Shown: positions 47,173 to 56,562 of the stretch, in pieces
How positions within the stretch are numbered: the stretch's first letter is position 1
How the letters are laid out: every line of letters starts with the position of its first letter
Source: a virus
Lineage: Duplodnaviria > Caudoviricetes
DNA length: 64,000 bases
Virus record (IMG/VR): IMGVR_UViG_3300017912_002752
Reading direction: 5' to 3' (one strand)
Made by a program: the position numbers and the translations under genes
The notes under the pieces: generated by a model
Told to the model about the DNA's origin: nothing
The model's input: only the letters and a program-made list of their open reading frames with translations
Database searches by the model: none

Positions 47173-48885
47173 CTATTCTATGTCTAATCTAACATCGATT
47201 GTAACATCGACATCTTGTCGTTTTTTTAGAGGTGCGCCTAATTTTCCAATTGCTAATAAATCACCAGTATCATTGTATAATCCGATTGATGTGATATATG
47301 GTCTAAAATCTGAACTTGTTACAAAGTTTCTTAACTCATTTGAGTACTCACCATCACCTTTTCTCAATGTATTATTTGTTGATACATTAAACTCACCCCT
47401 ACCAATCTCACATAAATAAGATTGTTGTCTTATATCTTTTGTTGATTTATATTTAAACTCAAATCCCTTATTTGCGTAATTAAAATTACCACTACCTAAA
47501 AATGCGTTTTGATATTTTGGCCGTGGGTCTGTTACTACTATTAATCCTTTTTCATAATAAACATATCCTACATTTCTTGTTTGATATGCAGAACCACTAA
47601 TTACATGATTGTTTGATAAAGAAGATACATGGCTAGGTGTTAGGTGTCTGTTGTAGATTCTTATCTCATCGATAGAACCACTTGTTCCTGTACTTGCCGT
47701 AGCGTTATCACACATTATATTGATATCTGACTCGTTTTGGAAATATAACCTTGTATTTGTTCTTAGATTTCCTTGACTTACACCATCTATATAAAAGTCA
47801 AACTTTTGAGCTGCTGCGTTAGATGAGTTATTATGGGTTACTATAATATTATGCCATTGATTATCATTATACTTTGTAGATGAACTTATAGTCATTTGAG
47901 CTATTTTATCTCTTCTTCCATCATTATATTCAAAAACAATTTGTCCATTCTTTGCACCAGCTAATTGATTATGTACACTAATGTCAAATGGATATTGACC
48001 ATCTGTTTGTCTTGTTAATTGAGATGTTCCTGATAAGTAACTATATGGGTCTCTTTTTTGGTCTCTTTTTCTTATTAAACTATTTCTTGAACTATCTGTA
48101 TATGATTGACTTGGTGGTAGTTTTACCCATAACGAAATACCAAAATCATTTTCTGGTGTAAAGAAATTATAGTTGTTACTACCTACGCTTGTATATATGT
48201 AAGAATCTTCAGTAGTGGTTACTCCGTATCCACTTGCACTAACTTCGCCTGTTGTTGTTATACCTTTAACTATTCTTGCTTTTGATATATGAACATTATT
48301 TCTTTTTGGACTTTCTTCAACTTGTCTTTTATAAAATTTATTGGCCACCCCATCTTGAAATCCTAAATAGAATTGTAAATTTTCTTTGGGTACAAAGTTA
48401 GTATTATCTATTATACTATCATATACATATCCACATTCGGATGTATGTTTTGATTCACTTAAAAATAATGAAGCGGAGCCAGCTAACTTAGAATGGTCAG
48501 TAATTACTACTGAACCTGGCTTAATTCCTAATCCAAATTTATTTTGTGGTATAGATATTATTGATGCAGTTGGATGTAATAAGTGTCCACCATGTCCACC
48601 TTTAAAACAACTCTGGTCAATTGTACTCCATATAATTTTTTGAGGAATCTTGTTTAATTCTTTAGTTGTTGCGCCTGAACCTGTTAAGATTGTGTTGTCA
48701 TACTCAACTCCTTGATGTTTGGATTGAGATACTTCTACATGAACTCCGTTTGGCGATATTCCTCTGAATATAGATATTTCAAATGAGGACGAATAGTTAG
48801 TATCCGTTACCTCATATGATTTATATGCAGTATAGGGATAATCTGTAATCCCTTGATTGAATATCCTTTTTAACGCTTGTGCCAT
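47173..48885 (-). CDS. Baseplate/tail protein with LamG-like domain
   Basis: ISLWVK, DNQWHNI, YIDGV, GSIDEIRIYNRHL (LamG); C-terminal YITSIGLYND.GDLLAIGKL. Confidence 0.7.
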   Translation of the reverse strand: MAQALKRIFNQGITDYPYTAYKSYEVTDTNYSSSFEISIFRGISPNGVHVEVSQSKHQGVEYDNTILTGSGATTKELNKIPQKIIWSTIDQSCFKGGHGGHLLHPTASIISIPQNKFGLGIKPGSVVITDHSKLAGSASLFLSESKHTSECGYVYDSIIDNTNFVPKENLQFYLGFQDGVANKFYKRQVEESPKRNNVHISKARIVKGITTTGEVSASGYGVTTTEDSYIYTSVGSNNYNFFTPENDFGISLWVKLPPSQSYTDSSRNSLIRKRDQKRDPYSYLSGTSQLTRQTDGQYPFDISVHNQLAGAKNGQIVFEYNDGRRDKIAQMTISSSTKYNDNQWHNIIVTHNNSSNAAAQKFDFYIDGVSQGNLRTNTRLYFQNESDINIMCDNATASTGTSGSIDEIRIYNRHLTPSHVSSLSNNHVISGSAYQTRNVGYVYYEKGLIVVTDPRPKYQNAFLGSGNFNYANKGFEFKYKSTKDIRQQSYLCEIGRGEFNVSTNNTLRKGDGEYSNELRNFVTSSDFRPYITSIGLYNDTGDLLAIGKLGAPLKKRQDVDVTIDVRLDIE

Positions 48886-48896
48886 ACATCTTCATT

Positions 48897-50219
48897 TTAG
48901 AAATCTAATTTTACCTTAACTAATATTTCGTTAGAGAAAGATTTCAATATAGGTTTAGAAAGTTTAGCAATCGCCAATAATTCATTATCGTTATTGTACA
49001 GACCAACACTTGTAATATAAGTTTTTGGGTCACCGATAAATGTAGTTTGTCCTATCTTTCCTTCTGAACCTGAAACATATGTTGGATTATTACTAAAGTT
49101 ATATTCTGAGTTTTTAGCTCTAACAAAATAGAATGTTGACTTTATCTCTTCTTCATTTCTAGCTTGGAATCCATTTGATGAACCTAAATTAGCTGCAGCT
49201 CCACTAATTGCCGTAAACAATCTATTGTGGTTTTGATTATCTGCTTGAGTTCTCAATGTACCTAATGATGCGGAAGTATCAAGGAGTGCTGCTCCTAATA
49301 CTATAATACCATGTTGTGGATAAACTTCACCAAATATTCTAGTTGAATTTTGAACACCATTTAGTAGAGAACCACTTACAACATTATATTTAGTTTGTCT
49401 TGAGTTGCCTGATTGGTCTCTATCACCACTATCATCAATTAGTCTTAACATTGAATTACCACCAGAACCTGAAAGACATAATTCCCAATTTCCTGGGTCA
49501 AGTCTATCTTTTAATCTAGCTCTGTTTATTGCAATTGCGTAAACATCATCTTGGTTAGTATCATTCCATCTAAAGAATTTTTGATTTGATGGTAATAATA
49601 CTTGTTGTAATTGTGAGTATATCGCTGAAGATGGTGAATCTTCATTTGTTCCTGCAGAACCACTACCTGCATAGTGTCCGTATGCTATTGAGAATTGAGG
49701 TTCATTTGTAGATACACTTGGAAGTCCATTGTATATCTCATAGTAATATGCTTTTTGAGTATTTGATTGAAAAGACGAAGTATGAAATACTGTTAACTCA
49801 CCACTATTACCACTCCATAATCCTCTTGTTATTCTTTTAGTACCACCTTCTACTACATCTTCATTTGTAAATGCAGTATAAACTTTTCCACTACCAAAAT
49901 CATATGCGCCTGCTCCAATTATTGGAGTGTTGTCTGTATTGTTGTCACCTGCCGTAATATCACCTACGCTTGTGTTTCCACTTCCAACATTAGTGATTGA
50001 TATACCACTACCACCGCCAGTATTACCACCACCACCTGAAAGTAAAACTTGTCCACCGCTATTTAAACCACCAGAACCACCACCATTGATTCCTATGTAG
50101 TCTCCGAATAGACCACCACCATTTGGTCCGCCACCATAGCCACCATAATATGAGTCGCCATAAAGTGAGTCGTAACCACCGATACCACCGCCAAATCCAC
50201 TTCTGTTAAATATTGCCAT
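48897..50219 (-). CDS. Baseplate/tail structural protein
   Basis: Gly/Tyr-rich N-terminus; C-terminal YITSVGLYNNDNELLAIAKL paralogous to the neighbour. Confidence 0.65.
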   Translation of the reverse strand: MAIFNRSGFGGGIGGYDSLYGDSYYGGYGGGPNGGGLFGDYIGINGGGSGGLNSGGQVLLSGGGGNTGGGSGISITNVGSGNTSVGDITAGDNNTDNTPIIGAGAYDFGSGKVYTAFTNEDVVEGGTKRITRGLWSGNSGELTVFHTSSFQSNTQKAYYYEIYNGLPSVSTNEPQFSIAYGHYAGSGSAGTNEDSPSSAIYSQLQQVLLPSNQKFFRWNDTNQDDVYAIAINRARLKDRLDPGNWELCLSGSGGNSMLRLIDDSGDRDQSGNSRQTKYNVVSGSLLNGVQNSTRIFGEVYPQHGIIVLGAALLDTSASLGTLRTQADNQNHNRLFTAISGAAANLGSSNGFQARNEEEIKSTFYFVRAKNSEYNFSNNPTYVSGSEGKIGQTTFIGDPKTYITSVGLYNNDNELLAIAKLSKPILKSFSNEILVKVKLDF

Positions 50220-50232
50220 AGTTTACTCTCCT

Positions 50233-50877
50233 TTATGCGTTAGATACTACCTTTGGTCTAACCGTAACATCTATCTCAGTTCTACCACCTGTCTCATTAC
50301 CTATGATAATGATTCTTGTAGTAGTTACTTGATTCACAGGTAAACTGGTAGTAGGTTGGAATTGGAATGCCGTTCCCGTTACCGATTGTGCTTTTCCTGT
50401 TGCGTATGAATTCATGTTTACAATTGCAGTTTGTTTTCCTGGTACTGCACCTAAACCTGCTATCTGTCCTACATCACTATTAAGTAGAACTGCGGTATAT
50501 CCTAAGTTTTCATTACCACCATTCTTTGTAGTTACTGTTATAGGTACTAATACAGATTCTTCCGTAGTTATGATACTTGTCGTTGAAGCTTCGATAAATG
50601 GTAACTTAACAGTACTTTTTGGTAATGATAATAATTTATATTTCATTAGATAGTTTTCATCTGTTATAGCCTCTAATACAGGCATATTTTCTATAACGAT
50701 ACCATAGTAGTCACTACCTAATGAGTGTGCCGGATTCCAAAGGTCATAATCAACCTCATCGTCAGCCAATGCGAATTGTGTTATTAAAAATTTGTCTCTG
50801 CCTTCAGCTAACAACTCTCTACCTCTTTTGGTAAGGATTGCGTCTACCGTTACAGATGAGTTATCTAAAAATCCCAT
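50233..50877 (-). CDS. Baseplate/tail structural protein
   Basis: DAILTKRGRELLA...ITQFALADDEVDY resembles fibre/baseplate attachment N-termini. Confidence 0.6.
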   Translation of the reverse strand: MGFLDNSSVTVDAILTKRGRELLAEGRDKFLITQFALADDEVDYDLWNPAHSLGSDYYGIVIENMPVLEAITDENYLMKYKLLSLPKSTVKLPFIEASTTSIITTEESVLVPITVTTKNGGNENLGYTAVLLNSDVGQIAGLGAVPGKQTAIVNMNSYATGKAQSVTGTAFQFQPTTSLPVNQVTTTRIIIIGNETGGRTEIDVTVRPKVVSNA

Positions 50878-50948
50878 AGTTGTTTCCTCTTTTACTTATA
50901 TAAATATAGTTTTTTTTATTTTTAAATCATTTTTTTAAATAAACCTAA

Positions 50949-53900
50949 TTATCCTCCTGGAAATCGTGGTTTACTTTCTCTAACATTTCTTTGTATAGGA
51001 TTATCATTACTTGAAAACGGATTGAACACTCCACCAGCTGATGGTGCTCTTTGTTGTCTTCTTTGTGTTAATCCAATCTGTCTATTTAGTGCGTTTGAAT
51101 CTACTCTAACTGCACTCGCTCTACCAATTTGGTCTGGAACTAAAATAATAGGTTTTGAAACTACTGGTCTAGCCACAGGCCTTGGTGGTGAAAGAGTTGG
51201 TGATGATGGTCCTAAAGTAACTGTTGGTACGATAGGCGGTCCTATTGGAATTGGTCTAAATATTATTCCTGCATCTTGAACCATGTCACCTTTTCCAGTA
51301 TTTTGTTCTTGTGCCGTCTCATATGGTTTTGTTACCATGACTAAATCTAAAATATCATTAACTATAACTGGTTTTGTTATTCCGCCTGACACTTCGTCTG
51401 AGGATTCTAACCCATCTGTATTGTTTACTAATATATCAGGGTCAACACTTGTTATTTGTACAACAGGCGTGTTATCTGGTGTGTCTGGTGACTTTGTTGT
51501 TAATGAATCACTTGTTATTCTACACCCTTTAAAAAATAAATTTTCTAAACCACCAGTTAGTCTGTCGTCCTGAATTCTTGCGTAATGGAATGATGCAGAA
51601 TTTGCGAATGTAATTCCAAGAGATGCACTAACAGAGTTAGAATAAAAATACTTAGGTTCTAATGCGCTCAATGAAAGTCTTGCGTCTAATACAGTAGAAC
51701 CAGTTGGTGAATATTCCCAATATGGATTTGTATCTGTAAAGTAATCGCCTGAAGAACTGAATCTTAAAATGTTCGTGTATTTGTAAACAGACGGATTAAA
51801 TGGATTTTGTGGAATACTACTTGTATAAGTCAAGTATGAACCTGTTACAGAACTTACTACTGAAATACCATTAGAACTAAACTGATGTTGAGTAAAGTCT
51901 ATATTATCTGGTGTCTTGTAATTATTTCTTTCAAAAACATGAGGTTCAATTAATATCCCTTTATGCCAATCTGCTCTTGCAGGTACGAGTTGTTTCATTG
52001 TATCAAAAACAGACATATCGTATCTTGACAACATCCCTATTAAAATATTCAATGCAGTACCTCTATTGTACTTTTGGAAATAGTTTCTTGCTCTAAAGTC
52101 TAATAAATCATATCCGTCAATATTTCTAACATCGGTATCACCAATTAAGTCGTCTACACTAAAGTATCCCTCAGATGCGTAAATATCAAAATTAACTGTA
52201 TCTGTTGTAGAGAAATAAGTTCCTAATAAATTGGAGTCAAGTGGCGCTTGGTCGTATTGACTAAGTTCATTTGACTTATCAAATTGTAACGGACCTTGTA
52301 GTGATGAGGATTCTATTCTAACTTTATTGTTACTCAGATTCAATGCGCCTACTGATGGGATTGTTACATATTGAGTATCAACTTCACCAGACAAATGTTG
52401 TGGGTGTCCGTGTTGGAATGATGCTGATAAAATAAATCCTCTATCAGATGATGTAAACTCTTGATTAGGATGTATAGATGATATTGAACCACTAACATTG
52501 TTAAATGTACTATCAGGGAATATTCTATAAAGAACATTTTCAAATGAAGTGTCAATGTCTAAGTCTGTCGTATTATCGTCAGAATAATATGCCTCTCTAT
52601 TCTTTGCGTGTCCATCTATTACCTCGCCTGAAAGTTTTTTCTTGTAGTATCTTATTTCTTGAATACTTGCGGTTGAGGTGTTTGTAACTCCACTAAGATT
52701 TGTACCTGTAAATGGTGACATGAATTTGTTTTCATCACTTGACCCACTTGAATTCCAAATGTAGTTCCAATTGTTATCAGTAGTAGATGCAGTTGCGTGA
52801 TGTAATATTTCACCAAAGTCATCTACAAATGCAGCATCTAAGGTGTATCCACCTGATGCGGATGAGAACCCAATAACAACATCTCTTTGATTTCTATATG
52901 GAAAATATGACGAGCTAATTTGTATTACAGGACTACCACCTTTTAATCTCAATCTAGCTTGTCTTGTAACATTATTCCAATCCCAATGTAAGTCAATCTG
53001 ACCACCATCTTTTTGATTTAACCTAAATATAGTATGGTCATCTTTTGGTAACTTACCAACATATTCGATAGTCTTTGGTCTAAATCCGTTAATTGTATCC
53101 CATATATGTGACCCTCGGTTTTTACCATCTAATTGTAATTTATAAACATATCTTTCATGTTCATATATGTTTTTATCTTCAATTACTCGTGGACCACCAT
53201 ACTCTCGTATCTTCAAGAATGAACTTGGAATACCATATGAAGATATCAATGTCTTAAATGACCTTGCAGTACCTTTAGTCTTGTAAATACCTGGCAAGTT
53301 GTTTACCAATCGTCTCCAAGTCTCTTGGACAATTTCCTTAGTTGGTTTAGAATATAATGAACCTGATTGTATTGGATTACCCGATTGATTAATTCCAAAC
53401 TCGTATTGCCACAATCCAACATCAGAATATCCGTTAAATAGTTTCCAACCAAATGATTCTGCGATTATATCAATTAGGTCGTTGGATAATCCATCTTTAG
53501 GGTGTTCTTCTCTAACATTAATATCTGTTAAAGATTTAATGTAGTTCCAAGATATGTCAAAGTGTTGACCTAACATATCTACAAATATTTTGTATTCAGC
53601 ATTTAACTCATCATCGGCCAGATTTACAGGAATAATATCACTTAATGTGTTTGGGTTTTGTGCATCATATAAAGATGCGCTTGCCAATGTTGCAGTCTTC
53701 CAATTTAAACCTTGACTTGATGTACTATGATATAAAACATCGGGGTTTCTATTTGATTTTGGATATGGGTTAATTGTAAAATCAGATGATGAATAGTGTG
53801 AGTAAATCTGAGCGTCATGATTGTAGTATAACCAATATTCAAAGTCGTCAAACCCACCAATTAAATTATCTCTTCTTCTTGCAGATGAGGTTATATTTGT

Positions 53901-55370
53901 TAATGCTTCACTACCACTAACATTATTTAATACACCAATTCGTCTATTGAACGCCTCAACTCTTTGTAGTTTGTAATAAAAGTTTTCAACTCGTTCTACT
54001 GCTGATGAGAAGTTAACAAAGTTTTTAAAGTTTGAATAATCTGTATTTAACTTTACATTACCAAGAGAACCACTAAAAAACTTATCTATAATTTTTTGTT
54101 GTGTTGATGTACCAGCATCTAATAAAGATTCCCATGTTTCGAACTCAGTACTTGCTCCCTTGTTTTCACCCAAGTCAATATTAAAGTTAGGTTGAGAAAA
54201 GAAAGGTGTTTGGTCTTCACCTAATTGTTCAAATAGTATTACTCTATCGATATATGATTTTTGAAGTTGTGCGTCTAACCCAACCGTGTCGTTTACCTGA
54301 ATGTTATCAGGTAATGGATTGTATAGTTTTACAATAGCTTCATCTGTTGAAAGTATCTCATAACTAATTCTTTGATACCTTACACTCCATTGTGATGGTT
54401 GTCCTAATCCAACAACTACACCACCACCTGGACTTCCGTTGTTCCAATTACCAGCTCTTTCTACTGCACTCCTAACCATTTCTTGGGTAACATCTTGTGG
54501 AAGTGACCCTGAGTTTGTGACTGTTCCTAAAGAAAATTTTCTATCCCAACTTAATGATGTATCACCATTTTGTTTTATTTTGAACTGGTCAAATCTACCT
54601 GTTAATTCAAAGTGTGGTGTGGGTTGGCCTGTTATAGTCTTACTTCTATCGATTTTAACTTCTGCGAAAGTTTGATAGTCAGTTTCATTATTGTCATCCA
54701 ATGCACTTTCTAATGCTCTATCTTCGACTGGAAAAAATATTGCACCTGGCTCATCACCGGGAGGGTATGGAAGATAGTCGGTTACTTCACCTCTAATCTG
54801 ACCATTAAACTTTGCGTTTATAATTGGAATTAATTTATTTTGTCCTAAGTTTAAAAGTAATGGTGTATATCTATCGTTTGGAGTTATTATTGAGTTTGGA
54901 GCTTGAACATTACTATTTTTTAAAAACAACGCTTCAAATGGTCCAAGTGCACCTTGTACACCATTAATACCACCTAATCTAACTTCAGTTCTATCTCCTG
55001 ATATTTCTGTGATTTTTACACTTGGTGTACTATGTAAGAAATTATAAACAACAGAATATGTTCCGTTATTAAATCCTGCACTTCTTAAGTCTGATTCAGG
55101 TGATACATATATTGTATATCCTTCTGCGTCATTACCTAATGTCTGAAGTCCTTGTCCAACTTCAGATGCGACTAAACTTGAACCTGCGTAGTAATGTTTT
55201 TCTACATTTATTTGTGTGATTCCATCAATGCCTGTAATATCTGAAGAATTTAATCTTACAAAGTTAGCACCACCATCAAGTAGAGACTGGTCCGCATTAT
55301 CAAATATCTGACCATCAGTCGGTTGTTTTGATAATACCTCATCTTGGTTATAAAATCTATCTAATGCCAT
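50949..55370 (-). CDS. Large baseplate wedge/tail protein
   Basis: 1473 aa; DMLGQHFD, IAESFGW, NNLPGIYKTKGT.RS...YGI...IREYG resemble P2 gpI/gp7-like wedge motifs. Confidence 0.6.
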   Translation of the reverse strand: MALDRFYNQDEVLSKQPTDGQIFDNADQSLLDGGANFVRLNSSDITGIDGITQINVEKHYYAGSSLVASEVGQGLQTLGNDAEGYTIYVSPESDLRSAGFNNGTYSVVYNFLHSTPSVKITEISGDRTEVRLGGINGVQGALGPFEALFLKNSNVQAPNSIITPNDRYTPLLLNLGQNKLIPIINAKFNGQIRGEVTDYLPYPPGDEPGAIFFPVEDRALESALDDNNETDYQTFAEVKIDRSKTITGQPTPHFELTGRFDQFKIKQNGDTSLSWDRKFSLGTVTNSGSLPQDVTQEMVRSAVERAGNWNNGSPGGGVVVGLGQPSQWSVRYQRISYEILSTDEAIVKLYNPLPDNIQVNDTVGLDAQLQKSYIDRVILFEQLGEDQTPFFSQPNFNIDLGENKGASTEFETWESLLDAGTSTQQKIIDKFFSGSLGNVKLNTDYSNFKNFVNFSSAVERVENFYYKLQRVEAFNRRIGVLNNVSGSEALTNITSSARRRDNLIGGFDDFEYWLYYNHDAQIYSHYSSSDFTINPYPKSNRNPDVLYHSTSSQGLNWKTATLASASLYDAQNPNTLSDIIPVNLADDELNAEYKIFVDMLGQHFDISWNYIKSLTDINVREEHPKDGLSNDLIDIIAESFGWKLFNGYSDVGLWQYEFGINQSGNPIQSGSLYSKPTKEIVQETWRRLVNNLPGIYKTKGTARSFKTLISSYGIPSSFLKIREYGGPRVIEDKNIYEHERYVYKLQLDGKNRGSHIWDTINGFRPKTIEYVGKLPKDDHTIFRLNQKDGGQIDLHWDWNNVTRQARLRLKGGSPVIQISSSYFPYRNQRDVVIGFSSASGGYTLDAAFVDDFGEILHHATASTTDNNWNYIWNSSGSSDENKFMSPFTGTNLSGVTNTSTASIQEIRYYKKKLSGEVIDGHAKNREAYYSDDNTTDLDIDTSFENVLYRIFPDSTFNNVSGSISSIHPNQEFTSSDRGFILSASFQHGHPQHLSGEVDTQYVTIPSVGALNLSNNKVRIESSSLQGPLQFDKSNELSQYDQAPLDSNLLGTYFSTTDTVNFDIYASEGYFSVDDLIGDTDVRNIDGYDLLDFRARNYFQKYNRGTALNILIGMLSRYDMSVFDTMKQLVPARADWHKGILIEPHVFERNNYKTPDNIDFTQHQFSSNGISVVSSVTGSYLTYTSSIPQNPFNPSVYKYTNILRFSSSGDYFTDTNPYWEYSPTGSTVLDARLSLSALEPKYFYSNSVSASLGITFANSASFHYARIQDDRLTGGLENLFFKGCRITSDSLTTKSPDTPDNTPVVQITSVDPDILVNNTDGLESSDEVSGGITKPVIVNDILDLVMVTKPYETAQEQNTGKGDMVQDAGIIFRPIPIGPPIVPTVTLGPSSPTLSPPRPVARPVVSKPIILVPDQIGRASAVRVDSNALNRQIGLTQRRQQRAPSAGGVFNPFSSNDNPIQRNVRESKPRFPGG

Positions 55371-55941
55371 TTTTCAAATCCAAAAATTTACCAGTATAAG
55401 TTTTTTCTCTAATTCTTTTATTTACCTTTGATATAGTATAATAATCACTTCCTTCAATTTCATATAGTCCACTAACTAATTCTTTTACCGCTAAACTTTT
55501 TGGTAAAACTTTTTCTTGTAGTGTAATTCCATCTATTGTCTTAATACTTTTTTTGTGGTTTTTAATTCTTTTAAATTTATTGTTTACCCTACATGGTCTT
55601 TCACATTTTTTTCTAACACCCAAATGTTCTTTCCATAATGGTTCGTTACTCCATTTAATATCGATAAACATATTTCTATCAAACCCTAATATCATTGCGG
55701 TATCTAAAATATGTTTTAGTTTATCATAATCTTTTACTTCGTTTCTTAAAACAATATCAACATCCATGGTTGGTATATCTGCTCCATAAATGTTTTCTGC
55801 AAATGACCCAACTAAATAAACCTTATAGTCTGATAAATCAACTTCTTTGTCAAATTCAGACCACCACCCTTTAAAGTTGTCATACCTTGGTCGTTCCCAT
55901 GGTGTCGTTGTTTCAATATTTCCTATTCTAAAATAAAACAT
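55357..55941 (-). CDS. Pol-beta-superfamily nucleotidyltransferase-like protein
   Basis: YLVGSFAE...DVDIV (GS...DxD) and a later IDI. Confidence 0.6.
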   Translation of the reverse strand: MFYFRIGNIETTTPWERPRYDNFKGWWSEFDKEVDLSDYKVYLVGSFAENIYGADIPTMDVDIVLRNEVKDYDKLKHILDTAMILGFDRNMFIDIKWSNEPLWKEHLGVRKKCERPCRVNNKFKRIKNHKKSIKTIDGITLQEKVLPKSLAVKELVSGLYEIEGSDYYTISKVNKRIREKTYTGKFLDLKNGIR

Positions 55942-55953
55942 TTAATCTTTCTT

Positions 55954-56562
55954 TTAAGATGGGGATGGTCCACCTGGTCCCATACCACCACCACCTGCAG
56001 GCGGTGGAAGAGTTCCAAACGGATTAAACGAATATCCAAACCCGCCAAAATATCCTGTTCCACTCGAAACACCTACATTACTTGTTCCACCATATCCACT
56101 ACTTGAACCACCACTATTAATTCCACCACTACCAGGACCTACTCCAACTGTTCCGCCTGTTGCACCACCAAACTCAGGATATACATTGGTTGGAAACCCA
56201 TATCCAAACGGAACTCTTGTTCCATCATCTAAAACATTAAATGGTGGCCACTCGATTCCGTTCTCTGATTGGATAACATTAAAAGTAGCCGATGGTGTTA
56301 CTATTGCACCTTGCCTAGCTCTTTGTCTAACTACTTGGTCTGGGTTAATCGTTAATTGTGGGAAACTTAATTCTTTTATTTCTATGTCAAAGTTGTTTAC
56401 TAAATCTGCGATTGAATATCTACTTGGCTTAGTTTGCGTCCCATCTGCTTGGTCTATAAAATAAACCTTACCATACAATGTGTTGCTTGGTGCTGGATAG
56501 GATACAATCTGCCCTCTGACATTTCTTTGTACATCTCTTGTATTTACTGCTACTTCACCCAT
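55954..56562 (-). CDS. Hypothetical structural protein with Gly/Pro-rich C-terminus
   Basis: 202 aa in the baseplate block. Confidence 0.55.
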   Translation of the reverse strand: MGEVAVNTRDVQRNVRGQIVSYPAPSNTLYGKVYFIDQADGTQTKPSRYSIADLVNNFDIEIKELSFPQLTINPDQVVRQRARQGAIVTPSATFNVIQSENGIEWPPFNVLDDGTRVPFGYGFPTNVYPEFGGATGGTVGVGPGSGGINSGGSSSGYGGTSNVGVSSGTGYFGGFGYSFNPFGTLPPPAGGGGMGPGGPSPS

